From positions 448,001 through 512,000 of the forward strand of contig JBGAHS010000007.1 in NCBI GenBank assembly GCA_044226015.1: 64,000 bases of DNA, in the 5' to 3' direction. The translations under genes were made by a program, and so were the position numbers. Below the pieces are notes generated by a model that was given only the letters and a program-made list of their open reading frames with translations, made no database searches and was not told the origin of the DNA. This document shows, piece by piece, positions 18,923 to 28,710 of this stretch. The DNA comes from Candidatus Obscuribacteraceae bacterium (GTDB taxonomy: Bacteria; Cyanobacteriota; Vampirovibrionia; Obscuribacterales; Obscuribacteraceae). Every line of letters starts with the position of its first letter. Position 1 is the stretch's first letter.

Positions 18923-20369
18923 TAATAAAAACAAACACGGCGTTGAGTCGCCAATTCTCCGGGGAATTGCGATACGCCATCAGTTACTGCTCTGGGTGCT
19001 TACGCCACTGATCAGTTTATGCTCTCTTTCAACCTTTTTTGCATACAACCTGGCTTCCAAGTATGCGACAGAGTGGCATGATTCTTACCTGTTAAATTCA
19101 GCTGACTCGATAGCCGCAAGGTTGTATAGAAACAATGAGGGAATTGCGTTGGCGGACATTCCGTCAGCTGCTAAAGCAGTTTTGAAGCATAACGGACAAG
19201 ACACGTTCTATTTTCAGATTGTCGATAGCAGCGGTCACAGGCTGATGGGTGACGCAATTTTGCCGTTGCCACAAAATCTAAATGCACAGGGGGCTAGCTT
19301 TAGGTATTTCAAAATGGAGGGGCAGACACTTCGCATGTGTCGTGTTCCTGTGAATCTCGGACCAACGCCAAACGGTATCTGGGTGCAGGTTGCTGAGACC
19401 ACTAATAGTAAACGGCGCTTACTGAATCAAATTCTGTTTAGCATAATGGCTCCGCAAATTGCGCTGGTTGCTCTTGCCAGTTTTTCCGTATGGCTTGGTA
19501 TCAAATATGGTTTGCGGCCTTTAACACAGTTAGGTGTTCGAATCAAATCGAAAAAGCCCTTCGATTTGACGCCAGTTGACATAGGTGCACCGCCGGCAGA
19601 ATTGCAACCTGTCGTAGAGGAGCTAAATTCCCTGCTAGTTGCTACAGGAAAATTTGTGACTGCTCAGAGGCAATTCACCGGCAACGCTGCCCATCAGTTA
19701 CGCACGCCGATTACTGCGCTAATAACCTACGTTGAATGCGCTGAAAAGCTCAATAAAGACCCAGAGGTCGCAGCTGTTCTTGCGCACATTGCTTCTGTCG
19801 CAGATAGAACAAGCCACATTGTAGGGCGGCTCTTGGCGCTGGCTCGGTCCGAGGGGAAAATGCTAAACATTGAACCTGTAGATCTGGTCGAATTGGTAAC
19901 AGATGTTGCTCAAATCCTGGTTCCTCAGGGAATCAAGAAGAATCTGGAAATATCCTTTGAGATGCCGAATGATGGTGTGTCGGTTATGGCAAATCGCGGC
20001 GATCTGGAGGAACTGCTCTTTAATCTACTGGAGAACGCCATCACGTATACGCCCTCAGGCGGTGCTGTGTGTCTGGAAATTCGGCAGGAGAAAGGAGAAG
20101 TTGTTTTGAGCATAGAAGACTCTGGTCCTGGCATTCCTAATTCGGAAAAAGAGAAGATTTTTGAGCGCTTCTACCGTATGCCTGGTGTGTCTTCTACCGG
20201 ATGTGGGCTTGGCTTGTCCATAGTTTACGAGGTCGCCAAAACTCTTAACACAGAAGTCAGAGTATCTGATAGCTCCAAGGGTGGTGCGTGTTTTACCGTG
20301 AGTTTTCCATCTGTAGAAATGAAAATTGATCCAAAGCCTGAGGTCGTTGCCAGTCCTCTTTCTGTATAG
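18870..20369 (+). CDS. Sensor histidine kinase (QseC/TctE-like)
   Basis: Two TMs; AAHQLRTP, NLLENA, DSGPGI, FERFYR and GCGLGLSIV. Start uncertain. Confidence 0.9.
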   Translation: MDSDFRQFGGWVFLQSNDNKNKHGVESPILRGIAIRHQLLLWVLTPLISLCSLSTFFAYNLASKYATEWHDSYLLNSADSIAARLYRNNEGIALADIPSAAKAVLKHNGQDTFYFQIVDSSGHRLMGDAILPLPQNLNAQGASFRYFKMEGQTLRMCRVPVNLGPTPNGIWVQVAETTNSKRRLLNQILFSIMAPQIALVALASFSVWLGIKYGLRPLTQLGVRIKSKKPFDLTPVDIGAPPAELQPVVEELNSLLVATGKFVTAQRQFTGNAAHQLRTPITALITYVECAEKLNKDPEVAAVLAHIASVADRTSHIVGRLLALARSEGKMLNIEPVDLVELVTDVAQILVPQGIKKNLEISFEMPNDGVSVMANRGDLEELLFNLLENAITYTPSGGAVCLEIRQEKGEVVLSIEDSGPGIPNSEKEKIFERFYRMPGVSSTGCGLGLSIVYEVAKTLNTEVRVSDSSKGGACFTVSFPSVEMKIDPKPEVVASPLSV

Positions 20370-20622
20370 TGAATAAAGACAAAGCCCATGTCTTCAATGT
20401 ATTGAAGTGGTGGCGCGATTGCTAGTATTTTTCTCAACTTGTCTCAGGCAAGTCGTCCTGTGTTTTCTTATCATAAATGCAGCAGTGCCTTCGCAGTTTA
20501 TTGCAGCGACCTGGAAACTAAGAGTTTCTCCAAAAGAAAAACGGTCTGACTTTGTTAGTGTGTGTCTAACTCAATCGAGACCATTTTTTAGATCAATTTT
20601 GTTTAGGAGATTTAGTATGTGA

Positions 20623-22029
20623 TTACTTCTGTCCAATCGTTCGTGTTACGTTAGCGAAAGTTTTCAGTTCGGTTAGCTTGGTGTTTGTTGTACCAAATGC
20701 ACCTGTGGTGCCATCGAACTTATGTTTCATGTTGTAGAGTTCATCTCTGATTTCGCCCTGTGTTTGGTTTAAGAGCCATGAGCCCCAGGACACTTCATTC
20801 ACTGTTGCGCCCTCAGCAATCAGCTTAAATGCTCTTGCTGGGTTGCGGTTCCATCTGTATCCGGCTCTTGCAACCATAGTTCCCCATGCAATCTGAGGAC
20901 CGCCTTCGATGGCATAAGCAACGAAATCTTCGATTGCCTGGCTCTTATTGCGTTTTTTCTCTTGAGCCAAATAGTCCTGTCTTTCGGCTAGAAGATCACT
21001 TAATTGACGGTAGGAAGAAACTCTAGCTGCAGTCGTGGTTGAAGCTGCATCAATTCTTACTGTAGCTAGCTTGTCGACGTCTTCTTTCAGTTGAGATGCC
21101 ATCTTACATTCGAGGGCACCTAGTGTTTTCGAAAGATTTTTTTGCGTCCAGGCTCCGCCCAATTGAGCACCGCCATGTATTAGTAAAGGAGCACCAGCTA
21201 AGGTGGCGCCTGATACAAGGAAGCCTATGCCACCACCACCAATCATTTTGAGGTTAACTTCCTGAATTCCTCTGATTACTCCGAGAGCGCCAGGAAATGC
21301 ACCGGTAGCGCAAACAGCTATGGTTCCCAATGTTGTAACGTCACGCTTGATGCGCTTCTTTCTTGCGTCCACGTAGAGCTTGCTGAACTCCAGCAAGACC
21401 AGGTCTCTGCAGTCTTGCAGAACTTTGTTCTCTTGTGCCAGCAATGTGCGTTCTGAATCGTTCAGGCTGCTGTCGCTGGAAAGGGCAGCTTTTCTGGCTG
21501 ACAGAGCCTGGTCGATTTCAGCTTTTAGATCTTCCGCTCTCTTCAACACATTCTTTGAGTCGAAGCCTTTGCGTTTGGCAAGGTAATCGTTGAAAAGGTC
21601 ATGAGCACCTTCTGCTGCGTACAAGCCACCCAAAGTAAGATATGCCACCATAACGGTGATAACGCCAGACTCAAGGCTGCCTTTATGTTTGAGTCCGCCA
21701 CCGACGTTGCGATAGTAATTCCAGAAATGGCTCATGATAGTAATGTCGCCAGCATTAGCGATTCCGCCAGCGGCCATCTGGTAAAATTTGACCCTTCTAT
21801 TACGCCACTTGTTGGGCTGCATGTAATGTGTTCTGAAGTCAGAGTTCAATGCAGCCAGCTCAATCTCTTTTTGAACTGTCTTCATTGCCAGTTCATCCAT
21901 TGAAACGTTGCCGCGTAGTACCGGTGTCTCCTCACTCAAAGCTGGAGTGATTGATACTGCATTTAACAAGGACATACTAAGTAATAACGAAAGTGCCGCT
22001 TTCTGCTTTATTTTCCAAATAGATCTCAT
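20623..22029 (-). CDS. Secreted hypothetical protein with coiled coils and Gly-rich hydrophobic helices
   Basis: Signal peptide (…PALS); 468-aa ORF. Confidence 0.7.
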   Translation of the reverse strand: MRSIWKIKQKAALSLLLSMSLLNAVSITPALSEETPVLRGNVSMDELAMKTVQKEIELAALNSDFRTHYMQPNKWRNRRVKFYQMAAGGIANAGDITIMSHFWNYYRNVGGGLKHKGSLESGVITVMVAYLTLGGLYAAEGAHDLFNDYLAKRKGFDSKNVLKRAEDLKAEIDQALSARKAALSSDSSLNDSERTLLAQENKVLQDCRDLVLLEFSKLYVDARKKRIKRDVTTLGTIAVCATGAFPGALGVIRGIQEVNLKMIGGGGIGFLVSGATLAGAPLLIHGGAQLGGAWTQKNLSKTLGALECKMASQLKEDVDKLATVRIDAASTTTAARVSSYRQLSDLLAERQDYLAQEKKRNKSQAIEDFVAYAIEGGPQIAWGTMVARAGYRWNRNPARAFKLIAEGATVNEVSWGSWLLNQTQGEIRDELYNMKHKFDGTTGAFGTTNTKLTELKTFANVTRTIGQK

Positions 22030-22495
22030 TTACCGGTTCCCTTTTTTCGCAGACAAAACGGATTATCGACGGATGGCAGGTTGAGAGTCTTCGGTCATTT
22101 GATTGATAACGCTTAAGTAAGCATTGCTGCGGTTGTCGAGCGGTGGGGCTCTTCTGGACAAAAATGTAGTGATATCATATGTGGTGTCACTAAAGATCAC
22201 GAGATCACAACTGATGCCTATTTCAAGATCTGGGTGCAATCACTTCTAAAATAGGAAAATTAGACCTGTTTATCCCATTTTCGATGCTAGCAACGATCTT
22301 CGAACTCTCGCCTGCGATCTCTAAGCGAACCATTTCGCGCGCGAATAACTGGCCAATTGGTTTGTAATTGAGTTAAAACGTAGTTAAAATCATCCTTTCG
22401 GATGAGTGGAAAGACTCAGAGTACCAATAAGGATTGATCAAACATTTCTGGACATCTGGGATTATTAATGAACGACCCTTATTGGATATCCAAGA

Positions 22496-23284
22496 ATGAA
22501 GACATACGAGAACACCGACAGTTTGCCTGCTGAATATCGCGCTGCGTTGATCGATTTGCTTAGCTTTCAAGCTGACTCTGAGTTTGCTGGAGGTCAGCGT
22601 GTTTCAGAAAACCTTCGCTTTGCTACCCGACCTGAGGAAGCATATCGCTTGACCAAAAAGTTTATGGAGGAGTGCGGTCATGGTTGGTATTGTTGGCAAG
22701 TTCTTGAAGAACTAGGGGTAGACGTGAATGTGCGCGTACAGCATCTCGTGCAAAACCCAGACAATCCATCTCCGAAGGTTGTTCGAATCATCAATGGATT
22801 TCGTAAGGAAAACTGGAGCAAGTTCTTCGATGAGTGGGCTGATGTAGCGATGTTCTCAACTGTTGTTACACCAGCTGCGGTGGCATTCTTAGGACAATAT
22901 CGTGAGTCATCTTATCTCCCGTGGAGAAGAATAAGCGAGAGAATTTGGCAAGAAGAAAAGGGACATCTAGCTTTTGGTGTGTGGGCAGCAAAGCGTGTTA
23001 TCGAATTCGATGGCGACGCTGGTCGGGCTCGCTTGCAAGCTGCGGTGCCTAAATTCATGCAGATGGGTCTCGGCTTTTCCGGAAGACCAGATGATGAAAG
23101 CAAGCACTTCGCAAAATATTTTGAGATGGGACTCAAGCTGAAAGACTCTCGTCAATTGCAAGCTGAATATCTCGAAATCGTATCCAAGCGTCTTGCTGAG
23201 CTTGGTTTGGAAATGCCCAAGGATATTCAACCTGATTACGATATGCGAGTCGGTTATCAGCTAGAAGAAGCTGCTGCAATCTAG
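22496..23284 (+). CDS. PaaA-like ferritin-fold di-iron aryl-CoA epoxidase subunit
   Basis: ADSEFAG, EECGH, WAD, SSYLPW and EEKGH motifs of the PaaA/PaaC/BoxB family. Confidence 0.75.
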   Translation: MKTYENTDSLPAEYRAALIDLLSFQADSEFAGGQRVSENLRFATRPEEAYRLTKKFMEECGHGWYCWQVLEELGVDVNVRVQHLVQNPDNPSPKVVRIINGFRKENWSKFFDEWADVAMFSTVVTPAAVAFLGQYRESSYLPWRRISERIWQEEKGHLAFGVWAAKRVIEFDGDAGRARLQAAVPKFMQMGLGFSGRPDDESKHFAKYFEMGLKLKDSRQLQAEYLEIVSKRLAELGLEMPKDIQPDYDMRVGYQLEEAAAI

Positions 23285-23294
23285 AGAGGAAGTA

Positions 23295-24077
23295 ATGGGA
23301 ACTGTTGATGTCCTGTCGGAGTCTGACCGCGCATTGCTTGCAACAATAGTTGAAGGTAAGTCGGTTACAAATTTGCAGAACAGCTCAAGCAAATATCGGG
23401 AGCTAGTTATCGGCATACTCTTGCAGTATGCCGACTCTGAAATGGCCGGCGGAGTTGGCTTCGCTGGTGCGCTTTCGCTGGCTCCGAGTCTTGCTGAGAA
23501 AACAGCACTTGCTAAGATTGCATACGAGAAGCTTGCTTTGGCTGACAAGACTTATCAGCTAGCAGCACAAACTGGAATTAACATGGACAAGTACATTGCG
23601 TCTCATTGCTGGGACGCAAGGCTTGCCCGAAGCGCATCTCTGGGCTACAAACGTATATCGGCGGACAAGCGTCTTAACGCGCTTCATTTCCCAATTCAAA
23701 GCTGGTCAGATTTAGCGGTATTCACTTATATGATGGCCAGTGTTGCTTGCCTGCAACTAGAAGATTTCTGTTCATCAAGTTTTGAGCCATGGGCAGAGCT
23801 AGCTAGTGCACATTTGCCCGTCGAAAAATCACACAAGGATTTTGGACTAAACGCTTTGAAGAAGGCATCTCACAGCGACTCTGAGCTAGCTGCAATTAAA
23901 TTGTCACTTGCATATTGGTATGATAAAGTTCTGGCTTGTTGTGGTCCACCAGCGTCTGATCGCAACGCGTTGTTTCAAGAGTTCAAACTCAAAGCAAGCA
24001 AGAATGAAGATATCGCAAAACGATGGCAAGCTGAGGTCTCTGCGAGCTTTGCAGAAATGAATGTGACTCTGGGATAA
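23295..24077 (+). CDS. PaaC-like (probably non-catalytic) partner subunit
   Basis: ADSEMAG, APSLAEK, DKRLNA, SWSD and SSFEPW; first ExxH lost (EKLAL), second is VEKSH. Confidence 0.7.
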   Translation: MGTVDVLSESDRALLATIVEGKSVTNLQNSSSKYRELVIGILLQYADSEMAGGVGFAGALSLAPSLAEKTALAKIAYEKLALADKTYQLAAQTGINMDKYIASHCWDARLARSASLGYKRISADKRLNALHFPIQSWSDLAVFTYMMASVACLQLEDFCSSSFEPWAELASAHLPVEKSHKDFGLNALKKASHSDSELAAIKLSLAYWYDKVLACCGPPASDRNALFQEFKLKASKNEDIAKRWQAEVSASFAEMNVTLG

Positions 24078-24082
24078 GTGCA

Positions 24083-24340
24083 ATGCAGCAGCACGTAGTT
24101 GATCCTGAAATGTGCATTCAGTGCTCTGCCTGTGAAATGGCTTGCCCGCTAAAAGCAATTGCTTGTATTGCGGGGCGGTTTTGCGTGGATTTCGATAAAT
24201 GCAAGGACTGTGCCAAGTGCATCGAAGATTGCCCCACTGGAGCCTGCGATTGTTTCATCGAAGTTGCTAAGCCTCATACCCAAATGGAACAGGCTGAGTG
24301 GACCGCTTTGCCGAGTTCACCTGTGATCAGTTCCGACTAA
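24083..24340 (+). CDS. 2x[4Fe-4S] ferredoxin resembling the BoxA N-terminal domain
   Basis: Two CxxCxxCxxxCP motifs; QHVVDPEMC start and PH…Q..W..LP end. Confidence 0.85.
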   Translation: MQQHVVDPEMCIQCSACEMACPLKAIACIAGRFCVDFDKCKDCAKCIEDCPTGACDCFIEVAKPHTQMEQAEWTALPSSPVISSD

Positions 24341-24420
24341 GTCTGATTGATGATTTGCAATGGGAATGTGACGACGCTTGTGAGCTTCGCCCCCTAACCT
24401 GACCTCAGCTTCATCGAAAA

Positions 24421-25716
24421 TTAATTGCAAAATTGCTCTGCGGTGTGCGCAAATGTTCGCTGCTTTATTTGCGGAAGGTTTCCCTTGTATGCTTCGCCGT
24501 CTTTTAAGACCTCTATCAGCGAACCTTCTCCGAGTAGTTCAGGTTTGTTGATAACGTCACCCTTGCAGATAAGGAGATCTGCTCGTTTGCCCGCAACCAA
24601 CGTTCCTGTGTCGTCCTGTCCTATCTCATCTGCTGCAAGTCCAGTAGATCCATACCAAGCTTTTAATGGCGAAAGACCATCTAAGATGAGGTTTGTAATT
24701 TCCAAATAGTTTTTTCCATGCATTCCTGGAAGAACCGCGTCGGTTCCAGCTAGTATTTTAAGACCACCCTTGGCTGCGTATTGAACTGCTTTGGTGTGCA
24801 CTTCAGCAACTTTTTTCACTTTCTCTCTGACAAATGCTGAAAGGTCGTTGGATTTTTGCAATGCATTGATTACCCATGACGTGGGAGTAACAGTACATTT
24901 TCTTGCGAAGGCTTCTTCGACTAATCGTTCGTCCATAAACGAAATATGCTGTATGTCGTGAACGCCATTGTTGATAGCAAGCGCAATACCGCTTTGGCTA
25001 TGAGCATGCGCTGCCACTTTCAGCCCTCTTGCTGCGGCTTCGTCGCAAATGGCTTTTATTTCTTCTGCGGTGAAATCTTGGTGTTCTAATTTATCTGATG
25101 GAGATGCGACACCAGGGCTGGTGCACAACTTGATGAAATCAGCCCCGCATGCTGCAATCTCTCGCACTCGCTTGCGGCATTCCCAGGGCCCATCCACTAT
25201 GCTAGATGGTCGGCCAGGTCCTTCGATTAGCAATTTTGATAATTGCGCATGGCAGCGATCTGGACCGCGGAAATCAGCATGTCCGCCAGTTGTCGAAAGA
25301 ATGCAGATCGCGATCTTCAATCTCGGTCCAATCATCAATCCTTGATCAACTAATCTCTTCATTGCTAGAGTGGCGCCGCCTATGTCTCTAAGTGTTGTGA
25401 CGCCTCCATTAACCAATGTCGTGTAGAGAATTTTCTCCACGTAGATGAACGAAGCTGGCGCGTTCATCCGGTCTATTTCTGCTTCGCTGAAACCTAAGAT
25501 TGTGATATGACCGTGGCAATCAATTAGACCTGGCGTCACTGTGTATTCTGAACAATCTACAATCGTGTGGGCATCTCCGATTGATTGCTCTTTCTGGTGC
25601 GGAACCATCTTTTCAATCTTGCCGTTTTCAATCCAGAGGTCGACGTTCTTGTGCATGCTCGTCGAAGACTCGGACGTGCCATCGTATAGGCTAGAAATGT
25701 TGGACAAGATAAGCAT
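24421..25716 (-). CDS. Metal-dependent amidohydrolase (Xaa-Pro dipeptidase-like)
   Basis: PGLIDCHGH, GVTTLRDIG, TGGHAD, GADFIK, AAHAH and AGTDA. Confidence 0.88.
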   Translation of the reverse strand: MLILSNISSLYDGTSESSTSMHKNVDLWIENGKIEKMVPHQKEQSIGDAHTIVDCSEYTVTPGLIDCHGHITILGFSEAEIDRMNAPASFIYVEKILYTTLVNGGVTTLRDIGGATLAMKRLVDQGLMIGPRLKIAICILSTTGGHADFRGPDRCHAQLSKLLIEGPGRPSSIVDGPWECRKRVREIAACGADFIKLCTSPGVASPSDKLEHQDFTAEEIKAICDEAAARGLKVAAHAHSQSGIALAINNGVHDIQHISFMDERLVEEAFARKCTVTPTSWVINALQKSNDLSAFVREKVKKVAEVHTKAVQYAAKGGLKILAGTDAVLPGMHGKNYLEITNLILDGLSPLKAWYGSTGLAADEIGQDDTGTLVAGKRADLLICKGDVINKPELLGEGSLIEVLKDGEAYKGNLPQIKQRTFAHTAEQFCN

Positions 25717-25894
25717 AGCTAACTCCGTGCAGAAGATTGATTCGGTCGGAACATTATATCAACCGTGCAATATTAAAGCGCCGTCTATCCCCATGAGCTG
25801 ACTGTGGAAAAGCCTGTTGACATCCTTGGGCAGAGAAGTATACTCTTTGTTTGGTTTATTTCCCCCAACGTTTTTACTAACTAGCTTCCCAAAT

Positions 25895-28708
25895 ATGTTA
25901 AATCAACAGAAACGAAGTGCCCGCAAGGGGCTTAGCTTCGGCTCGCTCGAGCATGCGAATCTCAAAAGATATATAGAATCAGTTGAATTAAAAGTAGCGT
26001 CCGACAATCAAGTTGAGGAGCCGCTGTCGGCTCCGTTGCCAGCACAGTCGTCAGCTCCGTCGTCGGCTCCGTTGCCAGCTCCGTCGTCGGCTCCGTTGCC
26101 AGCTCCGTCGTCGGCTCCGTTGCCAGCACAGTCGTCAGCTCTGTCGCCAGGGCAGTCGCCAGGAGCGCAGTCCGTACCAATTTCGGCACCACAAGCCGCA
26201 CCCGAGAACTGTCACGTCTTTGCGCCTGTTGCGCCCCTGGAGAGGGCCGGGAGGCATTCGCAAGCCGATGATTCTGACGCTTCCTCAAGAACTCGTCAGT
26301 CCATCGGACCTAAACCGACTGGCAGAACCGAGTTTGGGAATTACAAATTGATTTGGGAGCACTCTCGGGATGCGTTGAGCACCTCCTATGTTGCTCAACG
26401 AGACGGCATAGACGGAACATTCTTGATTCGTATTTATAACGCTCGTTCGGTAAATGCTATTCAACTGAGGATGATTCAGCAAGCTGCAAAGCAATCATCG
26501 AGTCTGACCCACCCTAACCATATTACAGTTTACGAGAATGGTGTATCGGAAGACGGTGAACCATACGTGGTGACAGATTACGTTGAAGGCGAGAGTCTTG
26601 CACAACTGTTTCCTGTTGTTAAACGCTTGAATATCGCACGGTTTCTCCATATCTTTAATCAAGTCTGCGATGTTTTGCAAGAGGCGCATTCACATCAATT
26701 GATCCACGCAAATTTATGCCCATCGAAAATTCTTCTTGCCAGTGAACAGCTTGACGAAGACATTGTGAAGGTCGTGGATTTTGGCTTGCCACCAGACCCA
26801 GTGCAAAACGCGTTTTACTTGAGCCCTGAGCAAGCACTAGATCGTGCCAAAATTGACGCGCGAACTGATATTTATTCTTTGGGCTGCATCATGTATGAGG
26901 CGCTCTGCGGTAGCCCTCCCTTCGTGGGTAGTAAGGTGAGCAGCGCATCCTTGAATTATTTACATGAGCTTGCGAATCAATATAGCCCTGATGCACCTGA
27001 GCATAATGCACTTAAGTTGCTCGATTGTATTATCGTTAAATGCTTGCAGAAGAAGCCTTCAAAGCGGTTTCGAAACATTCACGAACTGACAGATGCACTG
27101 CGTTTCGTCAACGATTGCATTTGCGGTGATAGTCGCAAAAAGCTTCCCCGTAAGGCCGAGAAACTGTTGCTGTTTCGCTTCCTTGATTACTTTGATCGGA
27201 AGATCTTTGTTTGTTTATTTGCCTATCTTTTACTTGGGCTTTGTTCTGTAAAATTCATCAGTGAATTGCAGCTGCAGAAAGAAATTGATTTAGCTCAGCT
27301 AGCCTCAATTAATGGTGATGCAGAGAGCGCGTGCGATCATTGGAACAAAGCGATATGGCAAGCTACAGTTTCTAGCAAGCCAGCTGGACTTCTGGCTGAT
27401 ATGCAGTGGGAGCTTGCTAATTCCAAGCAACGCCTTTGTTGGAAATGGAAGCTTGATGCAAAACAGAGGAATAGTGCAAGCCAGAATGCCCTTGCAAAAG
27501 AAGCTATCGGCAATTATGAACAGGCGCTGCGGTATTTTCGACATGGTGATAATTCGCGTTCGAGTGCCATACTTTTGCTGAACAATATTGCCGGTCTTTG
27601 GAATTTCATTTCTGTCAATGATCACGACGAAACACCTGCACAAAGGCGTGATGCCGCTAAGGTTGCTCTGGAAAGAGTGCGGACGCTCTATAACAAGAAG
27701 CAATACAAAGAGTGTACTGATGCTGTAAGGCAATACATGCTTGAGCACAAGCTCTACGGCAGTTTTCGTTATGATAATTTTTCGGATTTAGCTGATAACA
27801 AACGCATCGCATATTATGCGGCATGCGCATTCAATGAGCTGGGACGCTTTCAAGATCCCGCCCAGGGAATTAGAGAATTCGAAAAGGCGTATTTATACTT
27901 TAGGTTATCTGGGCATGAAGACCGCGGGCTTATCAATCTAAAGACATGTTATTCGAAGCTCGGCGCTGACATGGGAGAAGCGTACAGTAATCTCTATGCG
28001 CATCGTGCAATTCAGCATGGCGACTGGGAGGCAGCTTTAGGCGAAGTCGCTCGATTACCTTTCCGCCAGTTTAACTTCGACGAGAATATCAAACTGGCAT
28101 TCGAAGAACTCGATGCTGCTCGCCAGGAAGTGTTGGTAGCCTCGCCAAAGGAAATAACTCCGCTCCTGGAAGCTTTGAGCATCGAGGAAAAGGCGTATGG
28201 GTCGCATTCAGAGCACTTATGTTCAACACTTTCACAACTCGCTCGCTGCTTTAATCACGCCGGTGATACAGTCACTGCGAAGCGTTACTACGAACGCCTA
28301 TTCGAGAATGTACCGAACCTCGCGAGCTATTCTAGTGCAGGTATTGGCGTACACCCTGGAGAATCTAATAACCAATTCTCCTCCGATTTATTGGAGTACG
28401 TCCGCCTCCTGAGCAACGACGGCGAGAAGAAAAAGGCACTAGCCTTACTTGAAAAGTTCCATTTAGATCAATTTGATATCCAGCAGAACCGTGCATACTG
28501 CCAGGGAAACAATGCAACCTTTCTTACGCTAATCAAACTCTATCAAGACTTGCACATGACTGAACAAGTAAAAAAGAGCACTGAATTATTCGTGGGTGAA
28601 GAGCCGACAATCGCGACTGGCGAGGGGAATGAGTCTGCTGATGAGAATGTCTCATCTGCTGGCAATTTGTATTATCCTCGTGGAAATGACGAGTTTGAGA
28701 GTAACTGA
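25895..28708 (+). CDS. Membrane pseudokinase with C-terminal TPR-like region
   Basis: Kinase fold (HPN, DYVEGESL, VVDFG, YLSPEQ, DIYSLG) but HANLCPSK replaces HRDLKPxN; one TM, then helical repeats. Confidence 0.8.
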   Translation: MLNQQKRSARKGLSFGSLEHANLKRYIESVELKVASDNQVEEPLSAPLPAQSSAPSSAPLPAPSSAPLPAPSSAPLPAQSSALSPGQSPGAQSVPISAPQAAPENCHVFAPVAPLERAGRHSQADDSDASSRTRQSIGPKPTGRTEFGNYKLIWEHSRDALSTSYVAQRDGIDGTFLIRIYNARSVNAIQLRMIQQAAKQSSSLTHPNHITVYENGVSEDGEPYVVTDYVEGESLAQLFPVVKRLNIARFLHIFNQVCDVLQEAHSHQLIHANLCPSKILLASEQLDEDIVKVVDFGLPPDPVQNAFYLSPEQALDRAKIDARTDIYSLGCIMYEALCGSPPFVGSKVSSASLNYLHELANQYSPDAPEHNALKLLDCIIVKCLQKKPSKRFRNIHELTDALRFVNDCICGDSRKKLPRKAEKLLLFRFLDYFDRKIFVCLFAYLLLGLCSVKFISELQLQKEIDLAQLASINGDAESACDHWNKAIWQATVSSKPAGLLADMQWELANSKQRLCWKWKLDAKQRNSASQNALAKEAIGNYEQALRYFRHGDNSRSSAILLLNNIAGLWNFISVNDHDETPAQRRDAAKVALERVRTLYNKKQYKECTDAVRQYMLEHKLYGSFRYDNFSDLADNKRIAYYAACAFNELGRFQDPAQGIREFEKAYLYFRLSGHEDRGLINLKTCYSKLGADMGEAYSNLYAHRAIQHGDWEAALGEVARLPFRQFNFDENIKLAFEELDAARQEVLVASPKEITPLLEALSIEEKAYGSHSEHLCSTLSQLARCFNHAGDTVTAKRYYERLFENVPNLASYSSAGIGVHPGESNNQFSSDLLEYVRLLSNDGEKKKALALLEKFHLDQFDIQQNRAYCQGNNATFLTLIKLYQDLHMTEQVKKSTELFVGEEPTIATGEGNESADENVSSAGNLYYPRGNDEFESN
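26023..26150 (+). repeat. In-frame 12/24-bp tandem repeat encoding (SAPLPAPS)n
   Basis: Repeated GTCGTCGGCTCCGTTGCCAGCTCC units. Confidence 0.85.
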
Positions 28709-28710
28709 TC

